This document shows, piece after piece, positions 60,435-64,000 of a DNA stretch of 64,000 nt. The stretch is taken from positions 2,000-65,999 of the forward strand of contig QXXX01000073.1 of NCBI GenBank assembly GCA_009887195.1. The letters are read 5' to 3'. The translations under genes were made by a program, and so were the position numbers. The DNA comes from Candidatus Poseidoniales archaeon (GTDB lineage Archaea; Thermoplasmatota; Poseidoniia; Poseidoniales; Poseidoniaceae). Within the stretch, counting starts at the first letter, position 1, and every line of letters begins with the position of its first letter. The notes under the pieces were generated by a model, which was not told the origin of the DNA, did not search any database, and was given only the letters and a program-made list of their open reading frames with translations.

Positions 60435-61091
60435 ATGTTCCAGTCCTATGGGGTGCACGGCCCCGTTCTTGGCCCCGTTGCCGGATTGGCCATTGACATT
60501 GTTTTGTTAGGCTTGGCATTTTGGATGTTGGCTTCTCCAGACATGAAAAAAGTCTCTAATATTCTTACCTTTGTTACTCTAATATTTGGCATTTCACTGG
60601 CAAGAATACTAATGTCACCGTTGCCTAATATTCAGCCGGTAACCGTTGCCTGTCTGATTATCGGTGCGCAACTTGGAGCAAGGCGAGGTGTCGCATTTGC
60701 TGTACTAGTCACCATGATTTCTAACTTTATTCTCGGTGATGGAATTTGGACTGTATACCAAGCAATTGGCTGGTCAACTGTGGCAATTATTGGGGCCCAA
60801 TCTAAGCTAATTATCGATAGTAAACTACAACTCGGCAGACTATACTTTTTGGGAATTGCTTCTGCCTTTTTATTCGACTTTATTGCCTCATTGAGCGTAA
60901 TTGGTACAGTAAACGCTGGCGAATTTATGACCTATCTAATCAACGGCATCCCGTATGATGTAGTCCATGCACTGGGCAATGTTACAATGGCAGCATGGTT
61001 TGGAATTTGGTTCTCTGACGTAATAACTCAATTCCAATCAATGGAAGAGATAGAACAAACAGTAGTCGATGGATATGTTATCGGATCATGA
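60435..61091 (+). CDS. ECF transporter S-component, CbrT (cobalamin)-like
   Basis: LPNIQPVT, SNFILGDGIWTVYQAIGW, GIPYDVVHALGN; about 6-7 TMs. Confidence 0.75.
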   Translation: MFQSYGVHGPVLGPVAGLAIDIVLLGLAFWMLASPDMKKVSNILTFVTLIFGISLARILMSPLPNIQPVTVACLIIGAQLGARRGVAFAVLVTMISNFILGDGIWTVYQAIGWSTVAIIGAQSKLIIDSKLQLGRLYFLGIASAFLFDFIASLSVIGTVNAGEFMTYLINGIPYDVVHALGNVTMAAWFGIWFSDVITQFQSMEEIEQTVVDGYVIGS

Positions 61092-61443
61092 TGGGCCTTC
61101 CATGGCATTGGTTGTTAGAAAAGACCTCAAATTATCAGCAGGGAAACTTGCAGTACAATGTTCACATGCAGCAGTATCTTGCTCACTTCAAGCCAAGAAA
61201 AGTGAGGCAAGAATATTCGAGCGGTGGAACAATGGTGGGGCAAGGAAAATTTGCTTATCGGTAAAAGATGAAGAATCACTACGAATTTTGATGGGACAGG
61301 CCAAATCAGCCGGGATTATCACTAATTTAGTAAAAGATGCAGGGCATACTGAAATTCCCCCCGGTACTATTACCGTGCTTGGAATTGGCCCCGCTCCCAG
61401 AAGAATCATTGATTTACTCGTTGGCGAATTAAAGCCATATTAG
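61069..61443 (+). CDS. pth2: Peptidyl-tRNA hydrolase Pth2 (copy 1)
   Basis: VRKDLKLSAGKLAVQCSHA, DAGHTEIPPGTIT, GIGP. Confidence 0.92.
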   Translation: MDMLSDHDGPSMALVVRKDLKLSAGKLAVQCSHAAVSCSLQAKKSEARIFERWNNGGARKICLSVKDEESLRILMGQAKSAGIITNLVKDAGHTEIPPGTITVLGIGPAPRRIIDLLVGELKPY

Positions 61444-61447
61444 GTAG

Positions 61448-61870
61448 GTGAAAGTTATGGGTCTGCGTTCATTTATTCATCAATTAACAGCACCAAAAAG
61501 TTCAGGCTCTGTACCAAAGGGTTCGTTTAAGTTGGTATTGGTGATCAATCATGACCTCAAGATGGGCAAAGGTAAAATTGCCGCCCAAGCAGGTCACGCA
61601 TCGGTGTCTGCAACACTAAAAATGGGCGTAAATAAGCCTAATTTACTCGATGCATGGTTGAAATCAGGACAAAAAAAAGTCTGCTTAAAAACTACCCAAG
61701 ATGAATTATTAGAATTAGAAAAACATGCTGTAAAACTAGGAATTCAAACAGTTAGAGTTAACGATGCGGGGAAGACACAAATTCCTAGTGGGTCATTAAC
61801 TGTGATTGCTTTTGGCCCAGGCCAAGATGATGAACTGGAACAATTAACCGGTCATCTAAAACTACTGTGA
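61448..61870 (+). CDS. pth2: Peptidyl-tRNA hydrolase Pth2 (copy 2)
   Basis: DLKMGKGKIAAQAGHA, GQKKVCL, DAGKTQIPSGSLT, TGHLKLL. Confidence 0.92.
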   Translation: MKVMGLRSFIHQLTAPKSSGSVPKGSFKLVLVINHDLKMGKGKIAAQAGHASVSATLKMGVNKPNLLDAWLKSGQKKVCLKTTQDELLELEKHAVKLGIQTVRVNDAGKTQIPSGSLTVIAFGPGQDDELEQLTGHLKLL

Positions 61871-61911
61871 TTTTCCGCCTAATTCATCAATGATGGCAAC
61901 TTGGTGGGCTC

Positions 61912-62958
61912 ATGCGCGAGTACAATTCTGACCGAATTGACATGAGAAGTGATACGGTGACACAGCCGACAAAGGCAATGTTAGAGGCTATGATGGCAGC
62001 AAAAGTCGGTGATGATGTATTGCAAGACGACCCAACAGTCAAGGCATTAGAAGCAAGAATCGCCGAAATATGCGGGATGGATTCAGCATTATTTGTTCCT
62101 TCAGGAACCATGTCTAATGCGGTAGCAATTAGGGCACACACTTCCCCTGGAGATGAAATAGTAATGGAAAGGACCAGCCATATTTACCAGTATGAAGGCG
62201 GTGGTTACGCAGTAATGTCGGGGGTCTCAGTTGCGCTTGTCGATGGCAATAAAGGGCAACTAACTCCTGAATTATTAAGCAAAGCGATTAGAAAGGCTGA
62301 AGGCAGTTTAGGGCACTATCCAGACGGCACTTTGGTATGCGTTGAAAATACTGCAAATCGTGGTGGTGGGACATGTTACACTCAAGAAAACCTCGATGCT
62401 GTAGCCAAGACCGCACATGAGCATGGTTGCCAAGTTCACATGGACGGGGCGAGAATTTTCAATGCCTCAATTAAGACCAATACGCCAGTTAGTCGGATGT
62501 TGAAAGAATTTGATTCGGTATCGATTTGCTTATCAAAAGGCTTAGGTGCCCCGGTAGGTAGTTTACTTGTCGGCTCAGCAGATTTTATCGCTAAAGCGAG
62601 CCGCTGGAGAAAGATGTTTGGTGGCGGCATGAGGCAATCTGGTATTCTAGCCGCTGCTGGAATGTATGCACTAGACAATAATATCCAGCGCCTCTCAGAA
62701 GATCATTCTAGAGCAAAGCGACTGGCAACTGCACTAAATGAGATGGATGAATATTCTGTGGACTTAAATTCAGTTGAAACCAATATGGTTTACATCGATA
62801 GCAAAATGGGTGCTAAGGAATTAATGGCGCGACTTTCTAGTCACGCAATAGATGTACTGGATGTCGGGCCAACTGCAGTAAGGGCAGTAACCCATCTTCA
62901 TGTGACCGATGAAGATATTGATAAGGCCATTGAAGTGTTTAGGACTATTAGTGCTTGA
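61912..62958 (+). CDS. ltaE: Low-specificity L-threonine aldolase
   Basis: DMRSDTVT, PSGTMSN, HMDGARIFN, CLSKGLGAPVGS, GGGMRQ. Confidence 0.95.
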   Translation: MREYNSDRIDMRSDTVTQPTKAMLEAMMAAKVGDDVLQDDPTVKALEARIAEICGMDSALFVPSGTMSNAVAIRAHTSPGDEIVMERTSHIYQYEGGGYAVMSGVSVALVDGNKGQLTPELLSKAIRKAEGSLGHYPDGTLVCVENTANRGGGTCYTQENLDAVAKTAHEHGCQVHMDGARIFNASIKTNTPVSRMLKEFDSVSICLSKGLGAPVGSLLVGSADFIAKASRWRKMFGGGMRQSGILAAAGMYALDNNIQRLSEDHSRAKRLATALNEMDEYSVDLNSVETNMVYIDSKMGAKELMARLSSHAIDVLDVGPTAVRAVTHLHVTDEDIDKAIEVFRTISA

Positions 62959-62962
62959 ACAC

Positions 62963-63856
62963 TCATGTCCTTCTAGCAACTAAGGCAGCAGAAAACCCTG
63001 CAACTAAAGTAATCATAACTCCGAAACCAGGTACAGATTTGGATTCTGTATCGTCTTCAACACCATCGCCTGGTACAGAATCATCGGCAAGTGGCATGTT
63101 GAGCAGGTAAACTAAATGCACTTCTAAATCATCACCATCGTGTGGCGTTGGAATACTAATATTTGCTGTTCCTTGAGGATTGCTTCCCAAGTCAGTAATT
63201 TGCCGTACTAAATCAAAATAAGTCCCTTGCCCATTACTCCCACCATCAAAGTCAGCAGATTGTTCAACTATCCAAGCATTGACACTCAGAGTTGCTTCTG
63301 GGTATGCAGATAAATCAGCATCTAGATTCCAATTTATAATTCCCATATTATCTGTTGATGGAGTCCACATAAATGATGAGTATGCCTCGCCTAAATTCAA
63401 CGGGCTTGCCATCATGTTGCGGTAGTCATTTACCAAACTATCAGACTCTGGAAGGCTACCGTGTTTCTTGATGGTTCCATTAATGGCAACTAGAGGGGGG
63501 CTTTCAGCACCATACCGCGCATCAAGATGTTGAGTGATGTCCACAGACCCAAAACCAGACTCATCTAGATCTGGATTTACATGAAACTCGTATTTCTGTA
63601 ATAGTCCTTCAACTTCAAGCTCATCAAGAGCGTGTTCAACTTTGACACAATTGGTGCACCAAGTAGCAGTAAAGTCCTCTGCGACAGCCGGCAGTACACT
63701 AATTTCAGCAGTCTGATTTGATTGGTTATTGATGTCGGTATGTTGGCCGCCAAAAACCGGACCATTACTGGTTTCAACAGCAGGCTTTGCAACTGAGGTT
63801 GATGCAGACATCATAACAAAAAAGCAAACTAAAGAAAACGCCATAATCTTTCGCAT
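62963..63856 (-). CDS. Secreted thioredoxin-fold protein with PGF-CTERM sorting signal
   Basis: Signal peptide, EDFTATWCTNC, C-terminal VPGFG + TM + RR. Confidence 0.8.
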   Translation of the reverse strand: MRKIMAFSLVCFFVMMSASTSVAKPAVETSNGPVFGGQHTDINNQSNQTAEISVLPAVAEDFTATWCTNCVKVEHALDELEVEGLLQKYEFHVNPDLDESGFGSVDITQHLDARYGAESPPLVAINGTIKKHGSLPESDSLVNDYRNMMASPLNLGEAYSSFMWTPSTDNMGIINWNLDADLSAYPEATLSVNAWIVEQSADFDGGSNGQGTYFDLVRQITDLGSNPQGTANISIPTPHDGDDLEVHLVYLLNMPLADDSVPGDGVEDDTESKSVPGFGVMITLVAGFSAALVARRT

Positions 63857-63928
63857 GTCACCCCTAAGTGAACGTTTGACTTGAACTCATCTGTAATTTG
63901 ATTATGGTCTAAATATGGCATTTATTGT

Positions 63929-63961
63929 AAAAAACGGCGGTAGTCTTCAATAACTGCCGCC
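63929..63961 (-). terminator. Possible hairpin plus U-tract terminator
   Basis: Minus strand GGCGGCAGT-TATTGAAG-ACTACCGCC-GTTTTTT (one mismatch). The upstream gene is outside the window and this could instead be coding. Confidence 0.3.
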
Positions 63962-64000
63962 AGTTTGGTTGAATGTACGGGGTGTGATGAAGTGGAATTT

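Noticed and set aside
254-63792. Many 60-170 aa ORFs antisense to or nested in long genes (e.g. 19072-19593, 40366-40788, 51585-51986)
   Set aside because: Shadow frames of well-supported genes; Ser/Pro/Ile-rich with no motifs.
63857-64000. C-terminus of a minus-strand gene at the right edge
   Set aside because: Several short frames are possible (..KLAAVIEDYRRFLQ*, ..TFNQTGGSY*) and cannot be distinguished from non-coding DNA here.
1-64000. tRNA, rRNA, transposase, integrase or defence genes
   Set aside because: No T-loop/cloverleaf in the few gaps over 100 nt and no such protein motifs; checked by eye only.

Overview
A gene-dense archaeal chromosomal segment with very short intergenic gaps. 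The gene content points to Thermoplasmatota, most likely Marine Group II (Ca. Poseidoniales); this is an inference from PolD-DP2, PriL, MCM, GatE, Dph5, MptE, the rps13-rps4-rps11-rpoD operon, ATP-type PckA, M14/M17 peptidases, an MMPL transporter and large acidic surface proteins with Ca-binding DxDxDG repeats. About 54 CDSs are supportable. I saw no tRNA, rRNA, CRISPR array, intein or mobile element. Main observations: (1) class II fumarase fused in frame to an N-terminal ribbon-helix-helix DNA-binding domain, with two 18-bp palindromes over its own promoter; (2) a non-canonical YTCAW box exactly 29-30 nt upstream of 15 start codons, suggesting leaderless promoters with an altered TATA box; (3) an agmatinase + AdoMetDC-like decarboxylase + bacterial-type DHS-like operon with no adjacent spermidine synthase; (4) a beta-propeller/DUF4430-like membrane protein next to a CbrT-like ECF S-component (candidate B12 capture); (5) a near-consensus ORB inside an inverted repeat upstream of mcm, with no cdc6/orc1 in the window; (6) an unannotated 41-aa zinc-finger micro-ORF. 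All family calls come from motif recognition by eye, not database searches. Several starts were moved from the ORF track, as noted per feature.
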